NCBI GenBank assembly: GCA_964388035.1
Contig: CAYLZE010000006.1
Location: 32,001 to 96,000, forward strand
Direction: 5' to 3'
DNA: 64,000 bases
Source of the DNA: an uncultured archaeon
Lineage (GTDB): Archaea; Asgardarchaeota; Lokiarchaeia; Sigyniarchaeales; SOKP01
Every line of letters starts with the position of its first letter. Position 1 is the first letter of the stretch. The notes beneath the pieces are model-generated. The model did not search any database, was not told the DNA's origin, and worked only from the letters and a program-made list of their open reading frames with translations. Both the position numbers and the translations under genes were made by a program. Positions 10,373 through 20,946 of this stretch are shown piece by piece.

Positions 10373-11059
10373 TTAAAAGTATAATCCCCTGAGGAACTTA
10401 TTAATTATTGTTTTGGCATGTACGAGAGGCGAGGATAAAACTCCTGCGCTTCTTGATTGTCTTGAAAATAAAGCTTTTTTAATATCCTCTTCATCAGATA
10501 TTAATTCTTTTTTAAGCAGGGTAAACCCATTCCCAATTTCATTCATGGTATGAGCATCAGAGCCTCCCGTTTCAAAGAAGTGAAATTTCCTGTTAAAATC
10601 TCTAGCTTTTTCAATACATTGCCTAAAAATTATCCTAGAATTCATTATCTCAATTCCATCAATACAGCCTAATAAAGATTCATCCCCTAATTGATCAATT
10701 TTAAGACGATTAGCCCGTAAAAAATCAAATGGATGGGGAATCACGATTAAACCTCCATCTTGTTTGATCTTATCCACAATTTCAAAAAAAAAATTATTGG
10801 TAGTTTTTATTTCATCATGAATGAAAAGGGCAAGAATTTCTCCCCTGTCCGTTTCAATTTCCATTCCCGGGATTAAATAAAAATCATCCGAATTGAAGTT
10901 TCTTTTTAGTAATTTCCACGCATCTAATGTCCCATGGTCGCAAATTGCCAAACCATCCAAGTTTTTTTTTAAGGCGTGCCTAATTAGATCTTGGGGGGAA
11001 ATTGTTGAATCCTTCGAATAAATTGTATGTACGTGTAGATCTAATTTTAACAGAGACAT
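10373..11059 (-). CDS. PHP-domain phosphoesterase
   Basis: DLHVHT..S.D, ICDH, GMEI, PHPF, GGSDAH. Confidence 0.9.
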   Translation of the reverse strand: MSLLKLDLHVHTIYSKDSTISPQDLIRHALKKNLDGLAICDHGTLDAWKLLKRNFNSDDFYLIPGMEIETDRGEILALFIHDEIKTTNNFFFEIVDKIKQDGGLIVIPHPFDFLRANRLKIDQLGDESLLGCIDGIEIMNSRIIFRQCIEKARDFNRKFHFFETGGSDAHTMNEIGNGFTLLKKELISDEEDIKKALFSRQSRSAGVLSSPLVHAKTIINKFLRGLYF

Positions 11060-11071
11060 TAATAAGATCGC

Positions 11072-12019
11072 CTATGAAATTCCAAATAGAGTGATTAAAA
11101 AATTTAATACCGCATTAAAGTAAAAAGAATAAGCCAAAATCAAGAAAAGAATGACCCCGGCTATGATGATCCCCTTATCAAAAAATACAAGCTCAGGGTT
11201 TCTAGCTATTTTAGGCTTTGATGAAGTTAAATACATGTAGCGCATTAAAATGTAAAGTAATAGTGGGATGGTAAGAACTACAAAATATTGTTGAATATTT
11301 ACTTCTTCAGCGGAAAATAACTTAAAACTTAATATGAGATAAAGAGAATAGGTCATAAATAAAGAAGCTGCAATTAAAATGTGAAATTGGTCTAATAATT
11401 TGGCAGAATACTGATCATAAGACTTTTTATGCTCAATAGCATTTTCTTTTCCTAAGAGTAATAAATCTCCCTTCCTTTTCGCGATTACTAAAAATAAAGC
11501 CAGTTCAATAATCGCAAGAAATAACCAAGCAGATATAAACACGTTTATTAATAAACATCCTGCCAATGCCCTCCACAAATAACCTAGAGAAAGGATGAGG
11601 ATATCGATAAATGCAAACTTCTTAAAAAGATGGTTATACGATTGCCCCGTTATTAAAATCAAAAGGATCATCAATATAAAATTCCAATTTTGGATAAAAA
11701 AAATGAAACACGAGATAATAAATCCTATTAAGAGAAGGAGAATAATGATTCCACTCATTATAGAAAGTTCTCCTGATGCAAGAGGTTTCTTTTTCAACTT
11801 TTCTGGATGCTTTTTATCGTTCTCGATATCAACGATATCATTGATAATATAATTGATGGAGGAGGTAAAGCATAATAAAACAAAGCCTAAAATGAGAAGG
11901 GGATATAAATTAAAATTCAAAATATTTTTACTGAAAAAAGCACCAACGAATACTAAACCATTTTTATAATATTGGCGAATCCTTAAAAGATTGGAAATAC
12001 ATTTTATTTTATTTTTCAT
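11072..12019 (-). CDS. UbiA-family prenyltransferase (decaprenyl-phosphate phosphoribosyltransferase-like)
   Basis: LRIRQYYKN, YIINDIVDIENDKKHPEK..KPLASG, KRKGD. Confidence 0.88.
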   Translation of the reverse strand: MKNKIKCISNLLRIRQYYKNGLVFVGAFFSKNILNFNLYPLLILGFVLLCFTSSINYIINDIVDIENDKKHPEKLKKKPLASGELSIMSGIIILLLLIGFIISCFIFFIQNWNFILMILLILITGQSYNHLFKKFAFIDILILSLGYLWRALAGCLLINVFISAWLFLAIIELALFLVIAKRKGDLLLLGKENAIEHKKSYDQYSAKLLDQFHILIAASLFMTYSLYLILSFKLFSAEEVNIQQYFVVLTIPLLLYILMRYMYLTSSKPKIARNPELVFFDKGIIIAGVILFLILAYSFYFNAVLNFLITLFGIS

Positions 12020-12056
12020 ATAATTCTTGTAAATCTATATGAAAATTAAACTTTTT

Positions 12057-14588
12057 TCAGATGATTTCTTTGGGTCTAACTTTCCTTAGAACAAGATATC
12101 CTATTTTACTGAAAATGCTTGTATCACTTTTTTTCTGAATGAACGCGGTGTCCTCCTTAAATGAAATTGCCTCGACTTTTTTACTAGGTAATTGGATGAT
12201 CTGTCCAAATATATTTTCTAAAACTAAAATAAATTCAGCATTATCTATTAATTTGGAATTATGGTCTATTTCCTCTTTATCTTCAAATTCGATTTTTTTA
12301 ATATATCCCAATTCGATATTATTCACCGGCTTTTTTAAAAAAATAGTTGCTCGAATTTGCGCTTTTATCATCCAATTTAAAATTTCGATAATAGAATCTT
12401 TTTCTTCCTGACGCTTTCGCATGGAAACATGGATATTTTTAGGATGGATAATGAGATCACTCATTCTAAGATTAACCTTATCTTCCCCGTTATTTCCGGA
12501 ACTTAACTCAATTTCGTAATTTTTTACAGTATCGTCGGTTTTAATATTTAGACATTTAAACAATTTTGTCATGCCTTTAACTTTCATAAAAACCATTTTT
12601 CCCTCTAGATGTTCAATAAAATTGATAGGATTCGGTAACTTGCATTTCTCAATTGATTTCAATATCTCATCATTTTTCTGATTGGTAAAGACATAAAACC
12701 CATTGGTTCTCTCCTCATTGAGGTCAATTCTATCTAATTTTAAAGGCTTTGAATTATTAAGTAAGTATTCTTGATTTAACTTTATAGCAGTTCTAGTAAA
12801 AAGAGATGAAGATAAAACACTAATGTGTCCATTATTAATATCTTTTACAATTAATTTATCTGGATCGGTAATATCATCTTCAAATTGTACGTCTATCATT
12901 TTTCCTATTACAATTTGTTTATCCATCTTATTTCTGAAGAGAAAATCCTGGTTAAGATCAAGTTTATATTTAGTCTTTTTATCGAGTCTTTGCATGAGGG
13001 ACGCAATGTTTTGAACATCAAAAAAAACTTTAAATTTATTGTTAGCTATTTCTTTGAATTTGTTCCTAGCGATTTCAAATTTTCGAGAATATTTCTCTTG
13101 CTCTTTTTTGGATAATAGGAGAAAGGGAAGTATGGCTTCCTTTTTAGGATTTAATCCGTCATCTAGTAAAGCAACAAGCCTGAAAAAGGTCGGCGGGTGA
13201 GAATTGAGAAAATTGGCCAGTAGCGACGTTTTAGAGGGTTTAATCATGGAATTATTAATATATTGAGCGGTTTCAAGATAATCTAACATTTGATTCTCGC
13301 GAGTAATTTTTTCATCGCTTAAAAGCATGGTATTAAGACCTATTTCCCGACCTACGGCATAGAAACTTTCTAAATTGTATAATGCAGTGGCAAGTTCCTT
13401 TCCATAACCTGCTTTTTTTGATCTTAGATCCGCATTCCCTTCTAAAAGACGTACAAAAATATAGAGAAAAGCATAAATCCCCACGTTTAATAAAATAAAT
13501 CCTAGCAAGGGTATTCTAGGTTCTCCAAATGTATAATCATAATACGTCGCAGGTAATCCTAAAATCATCCTAAATACCAAATCAAGAGAAGTGATGACAG
13601 TTAATATTAGTGTATGATTTCCTTTCGTGTGGGATAATTCATGGGCAACGATTCCTTCCAGCTCCGCTTTAGGAATTTCATTTAAGTCTGATGCAATGAT
13701 TGCAATCCTTTTATCAAAAACAGGGCCATAAGCCATGGCATTAAGAATGGGATATTTTCCGAAACCCGTTTTTACTTTTCCTTTTATGCCCAGTTTATTT
13801 TTAACATCATTAACTGTGTTTAATATCTCGTCATTATTCGATATTCTTCTAATTCCAAGCATTTTATCCAAAATTGGTCCCGAACTGAAATATACCAGCC
13901 AATTCACTAATATCAATACAAAATAAATATTGAAAATCAGATTTCCTAAAGTTAATTCATCAAAATTTAAGGGTGTATTCTGATTAAATTTTAGAGGGGT
14001 GTATTGATCTACGAATACTACTGCTATCCACGCCAATATATATAAAAATAAAGTCAGATAAGATGGACTCATGAATCTCCATACTACGATGTATTTTCTC
14101 CCGAATAAAAGGAATCCCAAACCCAAAATGATCCAAAAAGAGAAAGCAAAAGAAGTATTGAGAACGATAGGATTCTGAATAAAAAAAGAAATCAACCCCG
14201 CTATAAAGATTACATTGTAAGTTATTAGAGAAATCACCAGGATCTTATTCAACACGGGATAATCTTTCAGTTCAAATACTCCTACCCATAAATAAATTGC
14301 AAAGGCTCCCATGAGAGACGTCATTAAATCATTTGTAAAAAGCAAGATCAAAAAAAAGAAAAATAGAATAGCAACCACATCAGACATTTCACTACGTTTA
14401 CCAACTTTAATCCAAGAATAGAACTCCTCTACTGAAAATATGTAAAATAACACCATCGGATAAAAAGTCCAATTGAATAGCAGAGGATTCCAATTATTAT
14501 GAAGCACCAAAATAAAATAAAGAATGAAGGAAATAATGGAAGTTGTTATGTAAGCAAGACCTAGAATACTTCTATAAAATTTTCTCAA
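12057..14588 (-). CDS. M48 (HtpX/Ste24-like) membrane zinc metalloprotease with long C-terminal extension
   Basis: NAMAYG, GIVAHELSH, EGNAD, SHPPTFFR; N-terminal TM bundle. Confidence 0.85.
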   Translation of the reverse strand: MRKFYRSILGLAYITTSIISFILYFILVLHNNWNPLLFNWTFYPMVLFYIFSVEEFYSWIKVGKRSEMSDVVAILFFFFLILLFTNDLMTSLMGAFAIYLWVGVFELKDYPVLNKILVISLITYNVIFIAGLISFFIQNPIVLNTSFAFSFWIILGLGFLLFGRKYIVVWRFMSPSYLTLFLYILAWIAVVFVDQYTPLKFNQNTPLNFDELTLGNLIFNIYFVLILVNWLVYFSSGPILDKMLGIRRISNNDEILNTVNDVKNKLGIKGKVKTGFGKYPILNAMAYGPVFDKRIAIIASDLNEIPKAELEGIVAHELSHTKGNHTLILTVITSLDLVFRMILGLPATYYDYTFGEPRIPLLGFILLNVGIYAFLYIFVRLLEGNADLRSKKAGYGKELATALYNLESFYAVGREIGLNTMLLSDEKITRENQMLDYLETAQYINNSMIKPSKTSLLANFLNSHPPTFFRLVALLDDGLNPKKEAILPFLLLSKKEQEKYSRKFEIARNKFKEIANNKFKVFFDVQNIASLMQRLDKKTKYKLDLNQDFLFRNKMDKQIVIGKMIDVQFEDDITDPDKLIVKDINNGHISVLSSSLFTRTAIKLNQEYLLNNSKPLKLDRIDLNEERTNGFYVFTNQKNDEILKSIEKCKLPNPINFIEHLEGKMVFMKVKGMTKLFKCLNIKTDDTVKNYEIELSSGNNGEDKVNLRMSDLIIHPKNIHVSMRKRQEEKDSIIEILNWMIKAQIRATIFLKKPVNNIELGYIKKIEFEDKEEIDHNSKLIDNAEFILVLENIFGQIIQLPSKKVEAISFKEDTAFIQKKSDTSIFSKIGYLVLRKVRPKEII

Positions 14589-14776
14589 ATAATTAACCTA
14601 TCATGTTTATTCTTCTCTATTTGACATCGTGTTAATATAATCTATATAGTGATCGTAATATAAAGTTCGATAAAAAAGTCTTCTTTTCTAAATTAATTAT
14701 TTTTCTTTTTTTTCAAAAAGCAATATAATTTTTACTTGAATGCTTGCTTGCGCCTGATATTTTATTCTTTATAAGT

Positions 14777-16141
14777 TTATAGAGGGGACTGTTTCATTTT
14801 ATTTACAACATGATTAAAATATTTAATAGTAATTACATACCAAATGATAAGGAAAGGTATCGTAATTATTAAGGACAAAATTATATTTATGGGTATTTGG
14901 ATCGATAAAATTTCTAAATGTTCAAATTCTATAGGCATGATGTATATCTCGATAAAAATTAGAAATATACATCCACCTAATAAAAGTAATGCCATTAACA
15001 CGATTATTCCCCTTATTCTGGGTCGATAATAGGATAAAATGATGACGGGTATTAACATTATCAAGGAAAGTAATAGGGTAAGAGAAAGTTCCATCCTTCC
15101 CACGCTAAATAACATTAAGAAAGTAGTAATTATTGAAAAAAATCCACAAATAATCGAAATTATATAAATATTTTTTACTAAAACGGGTTCAGTCAAAGGT
15201 CCTCTTGCTAATATTAATCTTGGTAAGGTTAACACTGCTCTCTTTTTATCTGATGCAGCAATTCTATCATCTTCCAAGAGAATTATGTCACTGTTAGCTT
15301 TTTGAATACTTGCGCTTTCTAAAAAACCTCGAACAGAACTGAGGACATAAAAACTATTAAATATATGAATTAAAAGTGCTGAAAAAACAGCAGCTTCAAG
15401 GGAGCCAAACAAAGCAATACACGCAATCATCGAACCCATACTTAAAGTCCCTATATCTCCCGGAAAAGCACGGGCGGGATATCGATTTAATAGGAAAAAA
15501 GGAATGATTGCTGCGATTCCAACAATACAGAAGAGGATTGCTTCCGCTGAATCCCAAATCATTGCACAAATTAAGATAAACACGCAAGCTATCAAACAAG
15601 TACCAGATCCCTCCCCATTATATCCCTCTAACATGTTAACCGTATTCGCAAAAACTGCCACTATTAAGGGAGCTGCCAGAGGATAAATTACAGTTAATCG
15701 TAATTTCCCTAGAATCGGAATAGTAGGAGAAGTAATATTAATTAATGAAAAATAATTGGCAATAAAAATAACACTTCCCGTGAAAAGAGTAAGTATAATT
15801 TTAACAAAAGAGCGAAGCTTTAAACGATCATCAAAAAAACCAATGAGTGCAGAAAGAATTATGGTTATTAAGAATATTAGGATTTCGTTAATAAAAAGAG
15901 GGAAAAATAATATTAATAATACCGAACCAATCGCGAGTCCGATGACGATAATTGTCCCTCCCGATTCAGGTACTTCTGGTCTCTGGTTTTTATGAATATC
16001 GTATCCAACATATCCTTTTTTCTTAAGAAATTTGAGAATATGAGGAGAAAGGATGAACATCACGATAAAAATTATCGCAAATATAATAGCAAGATAAATT
16101 ATCTCTAAAATACCCCAATGTAAATCTAAAAATGAGGTCAT
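14777..16141 (-). CDS. UDP-GlcNAc:polyprenyl-phosphate GlcNAc-1-phosphate transferase (AglH/Alg7/MraY family)
   Basis: GYDIHK..PEVPESGG, GFFDD, NTVNMLEGYNG, NRYPARAFPGDIG. Confidence 0.9.
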   Translation of the reverse strand: MTSFLDLHWGILEIIYLAIIFAIIFIVMFILSPHILKFLKKKGYVGYDIHKNQRPEVPESGGTIIVIGLAIGSVLLILFFPLFINEILIFLITIILSALIGFFDDRLKLRSFVKIILTLFTGSVIFIANYFSLINITSPTIPILGKLRLTVIYPLAAPLIVAVFANTVNMLEGYNGEGSGTCLIACVFILICAMIWDSAEAILFCIVGIAAIIPFFLLNRYPARAFPGDIGTLSMGSMIACIALFGSLEAAVFSALLIHIFNSFYVLSSVRGFLESASIQKANSDIILLEDDRIAASDKKRAVLTLPRLILARGPLTEPVLVKNIYIISIICGFFSIITTFLMLFSVGRMELSLTLLLSLIMLIPVIILSYYRPRIRGIIVLMALLLLGGCIFLIFIEIYIMPIEFEHLEILSIQIPINIILSLIITIPFLIIWYVITIKYFNHVVNKMKQSPL

Positions 16142-16394
16142 GATGATTTTTTAAATTATTCCTTTAAAAAAATCTTTTTCCAAATAATATCCTAACAAGC
16201 AATAAATCTCTAATTTTGTAAGAATGATGCTTAAAGAAAAAAAGATTGAAGAAATGTTTTAATGAAGTGATTTTCAATGTTCGAATTTATAATATATAGC
16301 GTAAATCTCCAAAATACACTCTCCACTACCAGGATAAAAAAGCGGATTATCTAATTTTCCCAATCTATATATTCAATAAGGGAATTTAGAGTAA

Positions 16395-16467
16395 TAGTCC
16401 CGTCCGGATTTGAACCGGAGTCTCAGGGTTCAAGGCCCCATATGCTTGGCCGCTACACCACGGGACT
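16395..16467 (-). tRNA. tRNA-Gln(UUG), no encoded CCA, atypical C33
   Basis: Reverse complement AGTCCCG TG GTGTAGCGGCCAAGCAT A TGGGG CCTTGAA CCCTG AGAC TCCGG TTCAAAT CCGGA CGGGACT A folds as a cloverleaf; 5' end typical of archaeal tRNA-Gln. Confidence 0.92.
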
Positions 16468-16678
16468 AAAGAATCGGCAACAATATTTGATGATAAAGGG
16501 TTAAGTGAAAAAACAATATTGTTGTAATATTAAAATGATCTAGTATTAAAAATATAACGAGATATTAATTTTTTATTATTTTTACCACTATTCTATAGTA
16601 CAAAACCTCTAACTAATGGGAGAAGTTTTTTCAAAACACGCAAATTAAAAATCATTTAGCGCATGAATAAAATGGGAT

Positions 16679-17308
16679 TTAATGAGTAAGATTAAATGGT
16701 TTTAAATCTACCAATAATAAATCTTTTTCAATTAACTTTTTATTTTCTTCAAGGAATTTGATATCTTTTTCTTTATCCCGATATTGATCTGGGAGCATTT
16801 GCGGAATTGTTTCTACAATGGGATACCAACGATTACATTCTTTACAGAAGAGTAATCCTGTTTCGATTTCCACCTCTAATTTGAGCTGGTTTATAAAGAA
16901 AAGTTCGGGTAATACGCAATTAATCTCCTCCTTGGTCATGTTCCGGGAAACTTCCTTTAATTTTTCCTTGATCGTTGTCTTACTCAATTCAAAACATTTT
17001 TTAGCTAATTCATTGGAAGATCTATCCTCAACATGATCAAATTCTTCAATACTTGAGAGAATTTTTTCAATATACTTGCCGAATTCCGTGAATTCTAAAA
17101 TAATATTATCCTTAATGAGCGTTTTCCCGTTTTCTTCGGATATCAATATTATTTCTTTTTGATCAATAACCTTCATATCTCTATTAATAAAGGTGTCCAA
17201 CATGGATTGAATTGATTCATTAGAGGTTTCATAGCTAAAAATCTTTAATTCCAAGGGGTAATATTTATCAATTGGGCAAGCAAGGATGTCAAAAAGCCAC
17301 GGTTTCAT
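16679..17308 (-). CDS. Trm112-family methyltransferase activator, long form
   Basis: MKPWLFDILACPIDK...IETGLLFCKECNRWYPIVETIPQMLPD. Confidence 0.88.
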   Translation of the reverse strand: MKPWLFDILACPIDKYYPLELKIFSYETSNESIQSMLDTFINRDMKVIDQKEIILISEENGKTLIKDNIILEFTEFGKYIEKILSSIEEFDHVEDRSSNELAKKCFELSKTTIKEKLKEVSRNMTKEEINCVLPELFFINQLKLEVEIETGLLFCKECNRWYPIVETIPQMLPDQYRDKEKDIKFLEENKKLIEKDLLLVDLKPFNLTH

Positions 17309-17390
17309 TTTAATTCACCAATATAAATTTTTATAAATTAAAGGTAAGAAAATATTTATACTTTTTATACCTTGATGTGATATCTTTCAA

Positions 17391-19226
17391 TTATTTCAAG
17401 AGATATGAACGAAGTTGTTGAATTATTCTGTCTATTGAGCGGTCGATTTTACTTCTACGCTTTTCAAAATCATCCGTTAACTTTTGATATGCGACTTTGG
17501 AAGGTAGCTTTCCCTTCTTGTAACGAACTTCAAGAAGCCTGAGACTATCATTCACGGAAAGTCTTTCTGCATCGAGTAATTCGAGTCTTTGAACAATATT
17601 TGCAAATGTATCATTAATTCCTGAGAGCACTTCTTTCAGGGGTTCTGTATCTTTTTTCAGTTCTTCTATTCTTGATTCATTTCGATCGATAGTGTTTTTA
17701 AATTTAGGTTTTGACACTCTCTTATATTTTAAATCTTCCAATAGGTTTCTATTTTCAATTAATAATGCGCTCCTTTCTTCATAAAGCAGGCAAAACTCTC
17801 TTATATCCGAAATGGGGAGGCGTTCTTCTTTGATAAAGGCAGCTTCTTCTCTCTTTCGAGTTTTAATAATGACCACAAAAATAGAGGCAATTGCCATTAA
17901 AGTTAATATTAAGATCATGACTGGCAAGAAGAGATCAAAAAAATCCAGAGTATATGTAAATTGAATTACTTTATTCTCTTTTGGACCTAGCAAGTTTTCA
18001 TTGTAAGTAATAATATCTCCGTCTATTGTATTCTCAAGCGCGTTGGGTGGGTGAGATATGTATGTAAATTGATGAGTTCCCTCGAGGACAATATTAATGG
18101 TTTGACTTCTACATAAAAAGTCAAATTTGGTGGTATAAATATTCATTCGGATGGATTCTTGGATCCAATTAAAGGTTAAGTATTTTCCAATAGGTAAATT
18201 ATATTCTAAGGTAAATCTAAATCTTGAATTTATAGGAATTATGGCTCGATTTTGGGTTAAATCGATAGTTACCTCTTTTTCAGGAAAAGTATAATTATAT
18301 GCTGGATTTATAGTTACTCCCTGAATTTCTCCTAATTCATCCGAAACGAAAATACTTTTAGCATCTCCGGGAATGGTAAAAGCTAAATCAGATACACTGA
18401 TTTCTCCCACATTTTCGACTAAAATATCATCAGTTACTTTTATGATTCCCCAAGGATTAATATATATTTCTCTATTCAAATCAAGAAGTTCCATTTTTGT
18501 TGTACTAGTTTCGGAAAAAGAAAGGGAGACATTCTCCTTTGAGCCTAGATTCCCTAAAAAAGGAGATAACTGCTTTTTTCCTCCACTGTAGGAACTAAAA
18601 TTATAAGTATATACATTTTCGCTTGACTCAGGTTCGACAAATGTCGACGTATCGGGAATTCTGAACGAAGAAACTATGCTTCCTTTGGCCACGTAAGGCA
18701 TTATCGGAAATATATATCCCGTATAGTTTATTTGTTGAGCGGATTGTACTATTCCATAATCCAGGAGATCCTTATATGTTTGAAGGATATATACATTGAA
18801 TTTCTCAAGAGGTAAAATAGGTTCATCAAAATATACTGAGATTAATTCAAATTGATCCACAATGATTGAATCGTACTGATATAATAAGGAACTTCCCTCC
18901 TTTCCGAGAACTTCCAGATAAATTAAATCATCTCGGTGATTTTTTGGGATTCCAAATAAAAAGGAATCTATAGGATTATCATTCACGTTCTGTATTTCTA
19001 TTTTATCTCCAATATCCACTAAGCCATAACTGCTAAAATTTACCTCTCTTTCTATAGCTGTTATTAAAATATTGTCAGTATCTTCTAACGAAGCAGAACT
19101 TTCTGGTTTTTGAATACTTCTCCTTTCTTCATTAGTGTTATTAGAATAGGAGGGAAAATTGCTCAATATTATGATACAAAATAAAAAGATAACCGAAAAG
19201 TAAATCAAGAAGAGTTTTTTGCGCAT
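17391..19226 (-). CDS. Ribophorin I (OST1/RPN1)-like oligosaccharyltransferase subunit
   Basis: Signal peptide, two repeated luminal domains (REVNFSSYGLVDIGD / REIYINPWGIIKVTD, similar to RPN1 R.IEVSHWG), one TM, helical cytosolic tail. Confidence 0.72.
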   Translation of the reverse strand: MRKKLFLIYFSVIFLFCIIILSNFPSYSNNTNEERRSIQKPESSASLEDTDNILITAIEREVNFSSYGLVDIGDKIEIQNVNDNPIDSFLFGIPKNHRDDLIYLEVLGKEGSSLLYQYDSIIVDQFELISVYFDEPILPLEKFNVYILQTYKDLLDYGIVQSAQQINYTGYIFPIMPYVAKGSIVSSFRIPDTSTFVEPESSENVYTYNFSSYSGGKKQLSPFLGNLGSKENVSLSFSETSTTKMELLDLNREIYINPWGIIKVTDDILVENVGEISVSDLAFTIPGDAKSIFVSDELGEIQGVTINPAYNYTFPEKEVTIDLTQNRAIIPINSRFRFTLEYNLPIGKYLTFNWIQESIRMNIYTTKFDFLCRSQTINIVLEGTHQFTYISHPPNALENTIDGDIITYNENLLGPKENKVIQFTYTLDFFDLFLPVMILILTLMAIASIFVVIIKTRKREEAAFIKEERLPISDIREFCLLYEERSALLIENRNLLEDLKYKRVSKPKFKNTIDRNESRIEELKKDTEPLKEVLSGINDTFANIVQRLELLDAERLSVNDSLRLLEVRYKKGKLPSKVAYQKLTDDFEKRRSKIDRSIDRIIQQLRSYLLK

Positions 19227-19412
19227 GTAATCAAGGAATCTAATTTTTTTTTTCTAATTTTTCTGTTACAATTAAATAATCTAATTTAAAAATTAATAAA
19301 AATTTATCAATATTTTAGAGGTTTTTAACTTTTTTTTCTTAAGTAACAATATTTTAATGGTTGTTTGTATTAAAGTCATAAAAGGAATATAATCATAATG
19401 TTCTGATGTAAA

Positions 19413-19637
19413 ATGTCAACTAATCGAAAAGCTTCTCGACGTAAGAGGAGACGACAAGGAAACACCCCGATGCCCATGGGAGGCGCGGGTTTAATGAGGT
19501 TTTTTGAAGACAGTTCAATCGGAATCAAGATAGGACCCATAACAACCGTTATTTTTGCAGGAATTTTAATCATAATCGTAATTTTAGCTCACTTGAATGT
19601 TTTCACGTGGTTATTTACGCCAGGGGCTGGAACTTAA
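19413..19637 (+). CDS. Preprotein translocase subunit Sec61beta
   Basis: GAGLMRFFEDSSIGIKIGP followed by a C-terminal TM; basic N-terminus. Confidence 0.92.
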   Translation: MSTNRKASRRKRRRQGNTPMPMGGAGLMRFFEDSSIGIKIGPITTVIFAGILIIIVILAHLNVFTWLFTPGAGT

Positions 19638-19693
19638 AATATTTCCAAGGTTATTTTTAAAAGACGATAATTAACGTATAGATTAGTCTACAC

Positions 19694-19990
19694 ATGGAAT
19701 TATCAAACTTTCAAAAGTTAATTCGGGATCTATATTTTCAAAAAGATAAAAAGAGAGGCATCCAAGGGACTTTTATCTGGCTTGTAGAGGAAGTGGGTGA
19801 ACTTGCACATCTTCTTAAAAATAAGGAATTAGATTTAAATAATATTTCTCAGGAATTAGCAGATATTATTGCATGGACCGCCTCTATTGCTAATCTATTA
19901 AATATCGATCTTCAAAAAGCTTTTGCCGAAAAGTATCCCTTAAAGTGTTCAAAATGTGGTCAAAATCCCTGTAATTGTCTTGAACAATAA
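19694..19990 (+). CDS. MazG-like nucleotide pyrophosphohydrolase
   Basis: WLVEEVGELA, ELADIIAW, C-terminal CxxC..PCxC. Confidence 0.9.
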   Translation: MELSNFQKLIRDLYFQKDKKRGIQGTFIWLVEEVGELAHLLKNKELDLNNISQELADIIAWTASIANLLNIDLQKAFAEKYPLKCSKCGQNPCNCLEQ

Positions 19991-20128
19991 TATTAATGTC
20001 TCTTTCTTTTAAATTTACGCATTGAATTTGCTCCTAAAAAGTATTCTTAGGGAGTATATTAAAAAAAGAAATAATATAACATGCTAGTTTATTCTAGATA
20101 CTTTAATTATTTATAACTCTATGGTAAC

Positions 20129-20893
20129 TTGATGAAGGAATATTTTAACAATTCTCAGCTAAAGAAAATTCATGAGGATGCAAAAGTTCATGAAAGTGCT
20201 TTTATCGATAATTTTAGTGTAATTGGTAAAGGGGTAGAAATCGAGAAAAATGTATATATTTCTTCAGGGGTTAAAATCTATGGAAAAGCACTAATACAAG
20301 AAAATGCTTATATTGGAGAAAATTGTATAATCGGGCATCCGATTAGAGAACATCTTCAACAATTAATCAGAGAAAAAATACCCGCTCACGATTCTGAAGG
20401 AGCTTTAGTAAATATTGGGAAAAGGTGTGTAATTCGTGCTGGAACCATCCTTTATTCCGGTACATCAATAGGAAATGATTCTCAGACCGGACATCATGTT
20501 TTAATTCGTGAAAACACGCAAATCGATGAAAAATCATTAATAGGTACAAAAACAGTAATTGATGGTAAAACGTCAATAGCTGCCGGAGCAAACATACAAA
20601 CAGGAGTCTATATCCCGTTGAATTGTAAAATTGGAGAGAACGTATTCATGGGACCTCATTCGTGCGAGACCAACGATAAATACATGGCACGTAAAGATCA
20701 GGAGCTTAGAGGACCTGTAATCGGTGATAACGTATCTTTAGGAGCAAATTCTGTTCTCTTACCTGGAATATATTTAGCAAAGGGGACGATGGTTGGTGCA
20801 GGATCAGTTGTAACCAAGGATACTGAGGAAAATGATATAGTTCGGGGCAACCCCGCACAATTTTTACGAAAAAAGCCAAAAAACTGGAAATGA
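20129..20893 (+). CDS. Hexapeptide-repeat sugar N-acyltransferase (WbpD-like)
   Basis: Left-handed beta-helix repeats, IGENVFMGP...TND, VGAGSVVTKD, GNPA. Confidence 0.88.
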   Translation: MMKEYFNNSQLKKIHEDAKVHESAFIDNFSVIGKGVEIEKNVYISSGVKIYGKALIQENAYIGENCIIGHPIREHLQQLIREKIPAHDSEGALVNIGKRCVIRAGTILYSGTSIGNDSQTGHHVLIRENTQIDEKSLIGTKTVIDGKTSIAAGANIQTGVYIPLNCKIGENVFMGPHSCETNDKYMARKDQELRGPVIGDNVSLGANSVLLPGIYLAKGTMVGAGSVVTKDTEENDIVRGNPAQFLRKKPKNWK

Positions 20894-20946
20894 TCTCTTT
20901 TTTCCAGTTTATTACAAATTAAGAAAATGTAGGATTTGATAAGGGG

